DNA of 64,000 nucleotides. Source: an uncultured Lachnospiraceae bacterium. GTDB lineage: Bacteria; Bacillota; Clostridia; Lachnospirales; Lachnospiraceae. Below the pieces are notes generated by a model that ran no database searches, was not told the DNA's origin, and worked only from the letters and a program-made list of their open reading frames with translations. The DNA is taken from assembly GCA_947575805.1 (NCBI GenBank), contig CANPOY010000010.1, positions 164-64,163 on the forward strand, given 5' to 3'. The stretch's first letter is position 1; the number at the start of each line of letters is the position of its first letter. Positions 33,993 through 43,783 of this stretch are shown piece by piece. The translations under genes were made by a program, and so were the position numbers.

Positions 33993-34700
33993 ATGAATGT
34001 CAGAACAGTAGTTGGCGAAACTTATTCTGCCAATGCGCAGGGAAATGGAATGCTAATAGTCAATGCGGACAGTGCGAAACAGGGCAAAAACCGTTTCAAG
34101 CAGTGTGACATACTGGAAATACATGACGGGGATGAGTCTGCCTTTTACAATGATTATGACGGATATGGCAATCTGAAAGAATACGGAGACAGTTTGCGGT
34201 ATAGATATTCTCATACAATAGTATATAGTACTGCATGGTTTGATGCAGCCGTGGGAAAAATCCTGGGACAGGCAGCGGAAGGCAACGATAACGGGGAGTA
34301 TGACGGAACGGATCTTGTAAACGCCTGTGGTTTGGCCTATGCGAAGCGTTATGAGGATATTGAAAAAAGATACGAAGACGGCAAAGAGCAATGGTTTGAT
34401 ATAGACGGCACGCCACTGACCGCAGATAAGGAAACGGAGTATTTGAATGCGCATTTTGAAGCTGCCGTAACCTTTCGGATCAGCTCTGCAAAAGTAATGG
34501 CAGGGCTAATGCGGCTTCATGAGGAGATACAGGAAGTGCCACAGGAAGAAATGAAGGAACTGGAAAGTATTTTTTATCGTTCGAGAGATAGATATATGGA
34601 CGCTTATAAAGCCGGCCGGATAACAGGTGAACCGCTGGTTTTTCAGAGATTTTCATTTGGCAACAGTGCTTTGCTGGCATTGTTGGTGCAGAAAAGATAA
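33993..34700 (+). CDS. Hypothetical protein; start uncertain, possibly chimeric
   Basis: Open frame with RBS aggag before ATG 33993; no motif recognised. Confidence 0.45.
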   Translation: MNVRTVVGETYSANAQGNGMLIVNADSAKQGKNRFKQCDILEIHDGDESAFYNDYDGYGNLKEYGDSLRYRYSHTIVYSTAWFDAAVGKILGQAAEGNDNGEYDGTDLVNACGLAYAKRYEDIEKRYEDGKEQWFDIDGTPLTADKETEYLNAHFEAAVTFRISSAKVMAGLMRLHEEIQEVPQEEMKELESIFYRSRDRYMDAYKAGRITGEPLVFQRFSFGNSALLALLVQKR

Positions 34701-34708
34701 ACTGCCAT

Positions 34709-35182
34709 TTACATATCCTTCTGAAAATACCTGGATTCAATCCCATCCTCAACAAAGGTTTCTGTATCCGTAAAGGAATTTTTCAGTAAAACCCTGATAG
34801 AGGGGGCGTTCGCGGAATATGTAAATGCGCCGACAGACCTTAAACCAAACCTTTCTTTTATTTCAATGAGAAACATTTGTAACGCTTTCGTTGCAACTCC
34901 CTTACCCCAGTACGTTTTATCAAAGATGCAGTAGCTTACCATGGCATGGCGCTCTTCCTGCTGGATGCAGTAACACCAAATATCTCCGATATAGCTGCCG
35001 TCCGCATAGATTGTGCGGCCATAGCTGGTAGCCCCGGGCTGCTGTGTTTTCTCAAAATCAGCCAGTGCATCACTTTCGGTGGCGGTCTTTTGCGGAAGAT
35101 GTCTGCGCACCTCCGGGTCACGAGTTCTGTGGAAATATGTGATTACAGTATCTGCCGTGCGGTTACGCAATTCCAGTATCAT
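34709..35182 (-). CDS. GNAT acetyltransferase (RimJ/RimL-like)
   Basis: IFDKTYWGKGVATKAL, NAPSIRVLLKNSF. Confidence 0.85.
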   Translation of the reverse strand: MILELRNRTADTVITYFHRTRDPEVRRHLPQKTATESDALADFEKTQQPGATSYGRTIYADGSYIGDIWCYCIQQEERHAMVSYCIFDKTYWGKGVATKALQMFLIEIKERFGLRSVGAFTYSANAPSIRVLLKNSFTDTETFVEDGIESRYFQKDM

Positions 35183-35320
35183 CTGTTGCCCCTTTCTTAA
35201 TTAACGTCTTATAAGCAAATTCCCATTCCTTTTTCCTTTATAAAGAGAAGTTTATGCTAATTATAGCATAGTATGTGAATTTTTCCATGTGTTTCTCAGG
35301 GGTTTCAGGGTTATTGTTTA

Positions 35321-35374
35321 TTTATCGAATATCAATAAAAATATATTGACATTCGACATGCCGGGTGCTATAGT
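35321..35374 (+). promoter_or_regulatory. Imperfect palindrome (candidate operator) and sigmaA promoter
   Basis: TTTATCG-5 nt-CAATAAA at 35321-35339; TTGACA(35346)-17 nt-TATAGT. Confidence 0.6.
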
Positions 35375-35449
35375 AACGTTACAAAACGGCAGATTTGAAA
35401 TCTGGAAAAATAGTTCATTAAAAATGCTGTTTCAGAAAACGGAGGAACC

Positions 35450-36772
35450 ATGAAAGAAAATAAGGAAAAAGAAAATGAAGAAAAATGGAGTTTGTTGATA
35501 AGACATCCCTTTTGGGCGGCCGTGCTGTTGTCGGTAATACTGGGGGCGCTCCTGACTCTGGCGCTGCAGGTGATTGCAGGAGCAGGGCACATAATAAGGG
35601 GATCAGGTTTAGGAGGAATCGTTGCGCTGGGCGAGACTTTTACTGTAGGAATCATTATTTTGGGCGGAATTATGATATTTCCCCTGGTCTTAACGGCGGC
35701 AGAGATTTTGCTGCTGGTGAAGGGGAGGAGGAATCAGGAGATATATCAAAAAGGAAGGATCTTTGATATAGCGGGGATTGTGCTGGGAGCGCTATACAGT
35801 GTGGTCTATCTGAGCTTTTTTGCCGAGGTGTCCTTTGACAGCGACTGGCAGGAGCAGTTGGTGAACCGTCAGATCCATACCCCCGTATATACCCAGGCCT
35901 GGCTTACTGTAATCGTGGTGGCTCTGGTGGCTGTGGCCGGTTATCTGATTGTTAATTTTATTCCCTTAAAAGTAATGCCGCCGCTGATGCTGGTTTCAGG
36001 GATGGCTGCCATGTATCTGGGAGCTGTTGAAAGCGTGGTCTGGGGGATACAGGTTTTCCAGGGTGAGCTTCTTGATCATTATCTGCTGTTGTATCCGTTT
36101 TATTGTCTGCTGCTTACGGCGAGAACGGTCAGCCACAAGATGTGGGAGTGGAAGCAGCTGCTGGAGACGGATGAACTCCGGCGGCAGCAGTATTGTGGCG
36201 GAAAGGGAGTCCTGCAAAGGTGCAATTCTTTTCTGGCAAAATCGGAGCGCTGGCCATTGGCGGCATTGCTGCTGATGTGGCCTCTGCTGGGCATCCTGAT
36301 CGCCTTGCTGCTATTGTTCGGACAAAAGCCTGACTCGGTAATTAAGGCATTTACAGAGACCAGTGACTGGAGCCTGTCTCAGCGGGTGGCTCCCCAGAAT
36401 CTCAGCTATGACGAGCATTACCTCTGCACCGTGGCGGCAGGAGGGCACGAGAATATCGTTAAGCCTACACGGCTGGGGGTAAGGCACGGGCATCAGGTCA
36501 TTGTGAACAGGCAGCTTTGTATAGCAAATGCCTTTGAGCAGGTTTTGGAGGAGCGGACACCTCGCTTTCACAGGGCAGTTCGCCGGTTTTATGATACTTA
36601 TGGGTTTCCGGTTGCCAGGCTGATCCGCTCCAAAACGGCGGCGGATGTGGTTTATTTCATTATGAAGCCGTTGGAATGGATCTTTTTGGCAGTGCTTTAC
36701 CTGACGGATGCGAACCCGGAAAACAGGATTGCGATCCAGTATACGGGAAAGAACCTGAAGGATTTTGAGTAA
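35450..36772 (+). CDS. DUF6688-like integral membrane protein
   Basis: Multi-TM N-terminus; conserved C-terminus ETSDW...HYLCTVAAGGH...VNRQLCIANAFE...YDTYGFPVA. Confidence 0.7.
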   Translation: MKENKEKENEEKWSLLIRHPFWAAVLLSVILGALLTLALQVIAGAGHIIRGSGLGGIVALGETFTVGIIILGGIMIFPLVLTAAEILLLVKGRRNQEIYQKGRIFDIAGIVLGALYSVVYLSFFAEVSFDSDWQEQLVNRQIHTPVYTQAWLTVIVVALVAVAGYLIVNFIPLKVMPPLMLVSGMAAMYLGAVESVVWGIQVFQGELLDHYLLLYPFYCLLLTARTVSHKMWEWKQLLETDELRRQQYCGGKGVLQRCNSFLAKSERWPLAALLLMWPLLGILIALLLLFGQKPDSVIKAFTETSDWSLSQRVAPQNLSYDEHYLCTVAAGGHENIVKPTRLGVRHGHQVIVNRQLCIANAFEQVLEERTPRFHRAVRRFYDTYGFPVARLIRSKTAADVVYFIMKPLEWIFLAVLYLTDANPENRIAIQYTGKNLKDFE

Positions 36773-36788
36773 GAGGGAGAGTGGCAAG

Positions 36789-37301
36789 ATGAAAGAAAAC
36801 GGATCTGCGTTGGAGCGAAAAGCTTTTGGAGAGTCCGCAGGACCTGCGGCAGTCAGAAGGCTGACCTGGATAAAGGCGACTAAATATCTTTTGGATCTTA
36901 TGTTCTGTGTAGGAATTTTGGGGACGGCATCCCTGCCCTGGAGTATCAGGTGGATCGGGAAGCAGCTGCCGCAGTTGGTTCAGCATTATGAGGAATCCGT
37001 CATTATTTACTTTGTGCTTGGTATTGCAGCAGAAAAGCTGCTTTGGGAGTTGCGGAAAATCTTTAAGACAGTGCTGGCGGAAAACTGTTTTGTTCGGGAA
37101 AATGTGGTCAGTTTGCAGAAAATGGGGAATTGGAGCTTTTTCATTGCTTTGATGGCGGGTGTCAGGAGTATTGTGTATATGACCATTGCCATGGGCGTGG
37201 TCATTCTGGTATTCCTGATTGCCGGGCTGTTCAGCAAGGTATTGGGCTTTGTATTTGAGCAGGCTGTGGCCTACAAGGAAGAGACGGACTGGACCATATA
37301 G
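36789..37301 (+). CDS. DUF2975-family membrane protein
   Basis: Four TM segments, LRKIFKTV...CFVRENVVSL, ends KEETDWTI. Confidence 0.85.
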   Translation: MKENGSALERKAFGESAGPAAVRRLTWIKATKYLLDLMFCVGILGTASLPWSIRWIGKQLPQLVQHYEESVIIYFVLGIAAEKLLWELRKIFKTVLAENCFVRENVVSLQKMGNWSFFIALMAGVRSIVYMTIAMGVVILVFLIAGLFSKVLGFVFEQAVAYKEETDWTI

Positions 37302-37310
37302 GAGGGAGCT

Positions 37311-37526
37311 ATGGGGATCATTGTAAATCTGGATGTTATGATGGCAAAGCGCAAAATGAGCCTTACGGATCTTGCCGGCAAGGTAGATCTTACGCTGGCA
37401 AATCTGTCCATCTTAAAAAACAATAAGGCAAGGGCGGTACGGTTTTCCACATTGGAGGCTATCTGTAAGGCATTAAACTGTCAGCCGGGGGATATTCTGG
37501 AGTATGTGGAGGATGAGGAAGGATGA
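37311..37526 (+). CDS. YozG-like Cro/C1 HTH regulator
   Basis: NLDVMMAKRKMS...ANLSILKNNKARAVRFSTLEAICKALNCQPGDIL. Confidence 0.92.
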   Translation: MGIIVNLDVMMAKRKMSLTDLAGKVDLTLANLSILKNNKARAVRFSTLEAICKALNCQPGDILEYVEDEEG

Positions 37527-37610
37527 TGACGGGCATGGACGACGCAGGGAAGTGGAAAGGGAGACGGTGGAAACAGAAAGAATGCCGGAGAAATTCGGCT
37601 TTTCGTACCT

Positions 37611-38059
37611 TCAATCTGTCCAGGTGCCTGATGCTTCAGCGCCTGGAGCATACGGCAGCTTCCGGGCAGTCATCATGTAGCTGATGACCAGTACGATGTC
37701 TGCACCCGGATTTTGCCCCACATAGGTGATCATGGAATAGCCATAGGAGGTGGCAGCGATTTCCAGCCGGCCGTAAAGCTTGTTGGTGGCAGTGAATCCG
37801 GCGATAAAAACAACTCCTGCGCCATGAGGATGGCAAAGCCCTGTGTGAAGCCCTGAATGATCCCAAGCATCATCCGGTTCAGCCAGTCCGACGCCCCCAG
37901 TGCGGCAAGGGCATTAACACCCGGAAATTTGCCTACCACGGCAGTATCCACCACCGTGTAGAGCTGCTGGAAAACATTGCCTGCCATCAGTGGCAGGGCA
38001 AAGGTTAGTATTAATTTACCGGGTTTCCCCTCAGTCATGCTTTTGATATAAGATGCCAT
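37611..38059 (-). pseudogene. MATE efflux transporter with two large internal deletions
   Basis: MTEGKPGKLILTFALP...FQQLYTVVDTAVVG, then a frameshifted jump to IAGFTATNKLYG...GQNPGA (~37815), then a jump to the C-terminus (~37703). Confidence 0.85.
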
Positions 38060-38247
38060 GTTTTCTCGCTGGCCGTTGCCTTTTTTATTCTAACTATACC
38101 AAAAAAGGCGGAAAAGCAAAATGTTTTTGAGATCCCGCCAGTGACCCAACTTGTAGGCTTGACATTTCCTGCTTTGTTGCATAAGGTAGAATTAGAAATA
38201 GTTACAGGTAACTTCTATAGGTGTTTGGAAAGGCGGTTATCTCAATC

Positions 38248-38967
38248 ATGTTATTGATCGGGGCCAAAATACAGGAATGTCGGAAAATGCAGAGTTTAAA
38301 CCAGGAGGAATTTGCTGCCAGGGTTGGCGTGACCAGGCAGGCGGTATCCAAATGGGAGACGGATAAAGCATATCCGGATCTGGACAAGCTGGCTACAATC
38401 TGTGATATTCTGCAGATCAGCATTACGGAATTGGTATACGGAGAAGTCGTTCCGGAACTGGAGGAGCCTGCCGGACAGACGCCGGAAATAAAAGAAAAAA
38501 CTGTCGGAAAGGCACGTGGAAAAGGGGGCTTCCTGAGGCTGTGGATCCTGTTCGCGCTGATTGGAGGATTGCTCCTTTTCTGCGGAGTGCTCCTGGTGAC
38601 AGTAATGACACATAATTCCTGGACGAAAGAGGATGTTTTAACAGAACGTGTGCGTGTGGAAAGGGTGTATCGGCAATATACCAAGGCGGATGTTTCCTTT
38701 TTTGACGATGTTTCCCGCAGAGTTGTGAAAACGGTGTGGTTGGATGTGAACGGTATCAGAGAAGGCGACTTTCTGTTCTGCTACACGGATGAAGATCAGA
38801 AGGGTGTTTATTATGAATACCAGGGATCTACGCTGATTGTTCTCACGGCGGCGGAGCTTGTCTTTTTTGTAATGCTTTTCATTTGCATCGGGGAACTCAG
38901 GCGGTATGCAAGGGATAACGTGCGGCATATACCGACGGATGAAATGAAGGAGAGCGAACAGCCATGA
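38248..38967 (+). CDS. XRE-family HTH regulator with two C-terminal TM segments
   Basis: LNQEEFAARVGVTRQAVSKWETDKAYPDL; hydrophobic stretches at ~aa 95-118 and ~195-215. Confidence 0.85.
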   Translation: MLLIGAKIQECRKMQSLNQEEFAARVGVTRQAVSKWETDKAYPDLDKLATICDILQISITELVYGEVVPELEEPAGQTPEIKEKTVGKARGKGGFLRLWILFALIGGLLLFCGVLLVTVMTHNSWTKEDVLTERVRVERVYRQYTKADVSFFDDVSRRVVKTVWLDVNGIREGDFLFCYTDEDQKGVYYEYQGSTLIVLTAAELVFFVMLFICIGELRRYARDNVRHIPTDEMKESEQP

Positions 38968-40094
38968 ACGGGATAAAGAAAGTGTTATATACTGTGACGG
39001 TAGTCCTGTGGCTGTCTGCGCTGTTCGGTGGGCTTTGGTTCGCAGGTGTTTTCTCCATTGGCGGCAAAAGCGGCCTTTACGATGCGGCAGAAGAATTGGC
39101 GGCAGAAACGGGAAATGACAGGCCACCGGTTTGGACGGTGGTGTTCAAGGGCATGAAGTTTGTTCTGCCGCAAAAGGGAAAAGTATACCTCCATGAAAGC
39201 GGCTGCATGAATATCAGGCAGGATGAGCGGTATCTGATTCAAATAGATATTGAGGAAAATACGCTGGATGAAATGTGGTCAGATATGGAGCAAAAGAGGG
39301 AGTCGCTGATAAAATCCGGCTACTGTATGGAGAAAGAGGCGGAACGGGTCACGGGAGAGGGGTATGATTATATCCGTTATGTGCTCAGCCTGAAGGATGA
39401 AAGAGGAAGTGATCTTGACCAGACTTTTTTTGAAGTCCTTCTGGCATCGGCAGATGAAGAGAGACATTTTCTGGTGGTGATTCTGTATGATGAGATTGAT
39501 GTGGAAAAGCTGGATGACACAATGCGCGAAAAGATATATGACGAGGCGCTGGTTCGGGCAAAAGGAATTTGGGAGGGTGCCTGCCGGACGGATGAGGCGG
39601 ATGATGAGGTAGGAATGCTTTTCACGGAGGATAAGAGCCTTAACCCTGATCAACGATATATTCTTGAGGACACACTTGTATATGGGGACGGAGAGCACAG
39701 TCTTTCTTACAGACTTCCGGAGCATTGTATGCTGACTTTAGATAATATCGCGGGAAAGACCTATTATGACGAGGATAATCAGGCTTATATTCAGACGAAT
39801 GTGGTGAAGTATACATGGTTGACGGCCAGGGAAATGGCAGAATCTGTTGCCGACAGAGAGCTTTCCCGCCCTCTTACATCAGGGGAGCTGAAGGTAAGCG
39901 GCAGGACCTTTTATTATTATACCTATTCTGTTGCGGAGTATGGGAGAAATAAAACGTCATTGGTGTATGAGTTTCACGGGTATTGCGACTTGGAGGACGG
40001 AAGTATTTATTCTATATTCGGATATGCAGATGATAATCCGGAGGCAGCCGATGAAGCCTATTATCTGGAATGGATGGATATTACAGTATTATAA
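38964..40094 (+). CDS. Membrane-anchored hypothetical protein (acidic extracellular region)
   Basis: N-terminal TM segment; ATGA overlap with the upstream gene. Confidence 0.7.
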   Translation: MNGIKKVLYTVTVVLWLSALFGGLWFAGVFSIGGKSGLYDAAEELAAETGNDRPPVWTVVFKGMKFVLPQKGKVYLHESGCMNIRQDERYLIQIDIEENTLDEMWSDMEQKRESLIKSGYCMEKEAERVTGEGYDYIRYVLSLKDERGSDLDQTFFEVLLASADEERHFLVVILYDEIDVEKLDDTMREKIYDEALVRAKGIWEGACRTDEADDEVGMLFTEDKSLNPDQRYILEDTLVYGDGEHSLSYRLPEHCMLTLDNIAGKTYYDEDNQAYIQTNVVKYTWLTAREMAESVADRELSRPLTSGELKVSGRTFYYYTYSVAEYGRNKTSLVYEFHGYCDLEDGSIYSIFGYADDNPEAADEAYYLEWMDITVL

Positions 40095-40235
40095 ATGCCA
40101 GGCTGATTCCTTGACACTTTGCCAAAATGGACTAAAATAGTAAATAGAGCAAAGAGCTTGTGAAGTGAAAATATTACATAGCGGAATTCAGCGGCGTTAA
40201 ATGCCGTGAATGCTGGGGAAAGGCGGAATCAGAAT

Positions 40236-41981
40236 ATGAAGACAGCGGCAGAACTGCAGACCTTGCTGCGGCAGATAGATCATAAAAGCTATCCTGCATA
40301 CAAGGACACAAGAGGAAAATATCAGTTTCAGCAATATGTGTTATCTATAGACCATGTGCAGGGGGATCCCTTTGCGGCACCCTCAAAGGTCAGTATTATA
40401 GTGCCGGGAAAGGTTGCCGGCTTTGCGGGGGAATGTTATGACAGCAATGTCAGAAAGATTGCGTTTCAGGACTTTCTGCTGCGGAGGATGGCGGCGAAGA
40501 TCAAGGATTATTCCTTTAAAGCAAAGGGTTCCGGCAAAAGCGGCCTTCTGGGGATCAGCCATCCGGGACAGGAGGTGCTGGAGCGCAGCGCCTGCATGGT
40601 GAACACTGCAAACGGGGATCTGACGATTCGCATGGAAATTGGTTTTCCTGCCAATGGACGTACTATCAACGCAGGAGAGCTTGGTAAAATTCTGTTTGAT
40701 TTTCTGCCGCTGTGCGTTAGGCAGACTCTGCTGTCTTCTTCCTGTCCGAAAGACAGTCTTGAGAAGGTGCTGTTTCTGGCGGACGACCAGCAGTATATCC
40801 GGGAGGAACTGAAAAAGAGAGAGTTGGTGGCATTTGTGGCAAACGGTGCAATCCTGCCCAGAAAATCCGGGGTATCCTCCCTGCCCATGAAGGAGGCGGT
40901 GGCTTTTCAGAGCCCTGCGTCCATGGAAGTGGTTTTGGAGCTGCCTCATCACGGGAAGCTTGCGGGCATGGGGATTAAAAAGGGTGTCACTTTGATTGTA
41001 GGCGGCGGATACCACGGTAAATCCACGCTGCTGGAGGCGTTGGAGCTGGGAGTATACAATCATATTGGCGGAGACGGCAGGGAATATGTGATTACGGAGG
41101 ATACTGCCATGAAGCTGCGGGCGGAGGACGGCAGGAGTATCCAGAAGACGGATATTTCCATGTTTATCCGTAATCTGCCCAACGGCAGGGATACCAAATG
41201 CTTTTACACGGAGGATGCCAGTGGCAGTACCTCTCAGGCGGCCAATACGATAGAGGCCATGGAAGCGGGAGCAGGCCTGTTTTTGATTGACGAGGACACC
41301 AGCGCCACCAATTTTATGATTCGCGATGAGCTGATGCAGCGGGTGGTGAGCCGGGACGTGGAGCCCATCATTCCCTTTATTGACAAAGTGCGGGAGCTGT
41401 ATGAGGATTACGGTATCTCTACCATACTGGTGGCGGGCAGCTGCGGCTCTTATTTTCACAAGTCGGACTGCATTGTGCAGATGAATAAGTACCAGCCTGT
41501 GGAAATCACCGAATTTGCCAAAAAGGAGGCGGAGAGCTATCCCTATATTCTGGGAGCGGCAGATAAATCGGAAAAGCCGGATTATTACCGGGTGGTAAAA
41601 AGAGATATGGCCTTTGCCAAAGACGACCGTATCAAAATGAGAACGGACGGCGTGGACGGCTTTTCCATAAACCGGGAAGAGGTGGACCTGCGGTATGTGG
41701 AACAGCTGGTGGATCCGGAGCAGGTGACGGCATTGTCCTACATGATTAAGAATATGAAGCTCCATGATTTTGACGGTAAAAAGACATTGGGCCAGGCAGT
41801 GGAGAATATGTATAACCGTATCGGGGAAAGGGGCTTTGGCGCTTTCTGCGGCGGCAGTCAGGGACGGGGCGGAGAAGGGGGCGACGCAGGTTCCCTTCCC
41901 GGCAACCTTGCCATACCGAGAAAGCAGGAGCTGTACGCGGCTTTGAACCGGTGCCGGGAGCTGATTCAGATACAGGTGTGA
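40236..41981 (+). CDS. ABC-class ATPase domain protein without a transporter partner (predicted ATPase of the ABC class)
   Basis: DHVQGDPFAAPS, Walker A GGGYHGKSTLL, ASGSTSQAAN, LIDEDTSATNFM, RKQELYAALNR. Confidence 0.85.
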   Translation: MKTAAELQTLLRQIDHKSYPAYKDTRGKYQFQQYVLSIDHVQGDPFAAPSKVSIIVPGKVAGFAGECYDSNVRKIAFQDFLLRRMAAKIKDYSFKAKGSGKSGLLGISHPGQEVLERSACMVNTANGDLTIRMEIGFPANGRTINAGELGKILFDFLPLCVRQTLLSSSCPKDSLEKVLFLADDQQYIREELKKRELVAFVANGAILPRKSGVSSLPMKEAVAFQSPASMEVVLELPHHGKLAGMGIKKGVTLIVGGGYHGKSTLLEALELGVYNHIGGDGREYVITEDTAMKLRAEDGRSIQKTDISMFIRNLPNGRDTKCFYTEDASGSTSQAANTIEAMEAGAGLFLIDEDTSATNFMIRDELMQRVVSRDVEPIIPFIDKVRELYEDYGISTILVAGSCGSYFHKSDCIVQMNKYQPVEITEFAKKEAESYPYILGAADKSEKPDYYRVVKRDMAFAKDDRIKMRTDGVDGFSINREEVDLRYVEQLVDPEQVTALSYMIKNMKLHDFDGKKTLGQAVENMYNRIGERGFGAFCGGSQGRGGEGGDAGSLPGNLAIPRKQELYAALNRCRELIQIQV

Positions 41982-42056
41982 AAGGAATGAAGATTTTCTA
42001 AGCGGACAAGAGGGGCATGTCTGAAAAGTGAGAGGAATGCAAGAGGGGAGGGACTT

Positions 42057-43460
42057 ATGAACGTGCGCAGTATGGATCAGCAGAAGAAGGTGGATTACAT
42101 GCTCAGCGAGCCGGTACCGCATCTGGTCTGTCAGATGGCGGTGCCCACTATCATCAGTATGCTGGTGACTTCCTTTTATAATATGGCGGATACCTTTTTT
42201 GTGGGAAAGCTGAATACCCAGGCTACGGCAGCGGTGGGCGTGGTCTTTTCGGTGATGGCGTTTATTCAGGCGTTTGGCTTCTTCTTCGGCCACGGCTCCG
42301 GCAATTTTATTTCCCGGAAGCTGGGTGCCGGAGAGTTTGAAGAGTCAAACCGTATGGCGGCAGTGGGGTTTTATACGGCCTTTTTTGCCGGGGTGATCGC
42401 GGGAGTTCTGGGGATTATTTTCCTGACGCCGCTGGCGAAGGCGCTGGGGTCCACGCCCACGATTCTGCCCTATACAAAAGACTATCTGCGGATTATTTTG
42501 GTGGGCTGTCCCTTTATGATGTCCTCGCTGGTGCTGAACAACCAGCTTCGTTTCCAGGGCAGTGCGTCATATGCCATGGTGGGGATCGTCACCGGGGCGG
42601 TGCTGAATATTGTGCTGGACCCTCTGCTGATCTTTGTCTGTGATATGGGCGTGGCAGGAGCGGCGCTGGCCACGGTGGTGAGCCAGGTGGTCAGCTTTGT
42701 GATCTTGTTTATCATGAGCAGAAAGGGTGGCAACATCCGGATTCAATTTAAGAATTTTAAGCCCTCATGGATACTTTACTGGGAGATGTTTAAGGGTGGT
42801 ATTCCTTCCCTTTGCCGACAGGGACTTGCCAGTATTGCCCAGATCTGCTTAAACCGCGCTGCCGGTACATATGGCGGGGATTTCAGTGACGCGGCCATCG
42901 CGGCACTGTCCATTGTGGGACGCGTTTCCATGTTTGCCAATTCCGCGCTGATTGGTTTCGGCCAGGGTTTCCAGCCGGTTTGCGGTATGAATTACGGAGC
43001 AAAGCAGTATTCCCGGGTGCGGGAGGCCTTTCGGTTCTGTGTGAAATATGCGGCGGTTTTCCTGATCGTGGTTTCCGTGGCAGGTTTTGTATTTGCAGAG
43101 CCGCTGGTAACCGTGTTCCGCAAAGAGGATGGGGACGTGATCCGTATCGGCACATTGGCACTGCGGCTGCAATGTCTGGTGTTCCCGCTGAATGCCTGGA
43201 TCGTCATGTGCAATATGATGCTGCAGTCTATCGGCAAGGCGGCGAAGGCGTCTCTTGTGGCGGCGGCCAGACAGGGTATTTTCTTTATCCCCCTGATCTG
43301 GATTCTGCCTGCTTTTTTCGGCCTGCTGGGAGTGCAGATGTGCCAGACCTGGTCTGATGCCTGTTCCTTCCTGCTGTCACTGCCTTTAGGAGTAAGCGTA
43401 CTGCGGGAGATGAAAGCGCAGGAAGCGGAAAATGCGGGTGCACGGGCAGATGCCGGATAG
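42057..43460 (+). CDS. MATE-family efflux transporter
   Basis: FYNMADTFFVG, NIVLDPLLIF, GVAGAALAT, FQPVCGMNYGA; 12-TM pattern. Confidence 0.93.
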   Translation: MNVRSMDQQKKVDYMLSEPVPHLVCQMAVPTIISMLVTSFYNMADTFFVGKLNTQATAAVGVVFSVMAFIQAFGFFFGHGSGNFISRKLGAGEFEESNRMAAVGFYTAFFAGVIAGVLGIIFLTPLAKALGSTPTILPYTKDYLRIILVGCPFMMSSLVLNNQLRFQGSASYAMVGIVTGAVLNIVLDPLLIFVCDMGVAGAALATVVSQVVSFVILFIMSRKGGNIRIQFKNFKPSWILYWEMFKGGIPSLCRQGLASIAQICLNRAAGTYGGDFSDAAIAALSIVGRVSMFANSALIGFGQGFQPVCGMNYGAKQYSRVREAFRFCVKYAAVFLIVVSVAGFVFAEPLVTVFRKEDGDVIRIGTLALRLQCLVFPLNAWIVMCNMMLQSIGKAAKASLVAAARQGIFFIPLIWILPAFFGLLGVQMCQTWSDACSFLLSLPLGVSVLREMKAQEAENAGARADAG

Positions 43461-43540
43461 CGCGTTACCCTAACAGCTCAGACAGGGCACTGAACTGTTA
43501 GGCGTTACCAAAGTACGAAAGCAGAGGTGGAAATTTTGGC

Positions 43541-43569
43541 TTGACAGATTAACCATATGCTGGTACAGT
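43541..43569 (+). promoter_or_regulatory. sigmaA promoter of hisD
   Basis: TTGACA(43541)-17 nt-TACAGT. Confidence 0.65.
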
Positions 43570-43602
43570 AAAAATTGATATTAGGCGAAACGCTTGATCC
43601 AC

Positions 43603-43638
43603 GCTTGTCAGGGAAAATTTCTCTGGCAAGCTTTTTTT
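43603..43638 (+). terminator. Intrinsic terminator inside the hisD 5' leader (candidate attenuator)
   Basis: GCTTGTCAGGGAAA-a-TTTCTCTGGCAAGC followed by T7, between the promoter and the gene. Confidence 0.7.
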
Positions 43639-43783
43639 ATTTTATAGCAATCTGCGCTTTTTCTAGCAAGTTGTGCTTTCAGGCGCGTGATTTTACGAGT
43701 CTGCAAAGCAGATTTTACACTGGCAGCTTTGTAACCAATCGTGATAACGTGTTTCGCCATGAACAAAAAGGAGGAGGAAAGCA

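Noticed and set aside
40383-42293. 636-aa minus-strand ORF
   Set aside because: It is antisense to the ATPase and MATE genes, has His/Leu/Gln-rich shadow composition and no motifs; typical of a GC-biased antisense frame.
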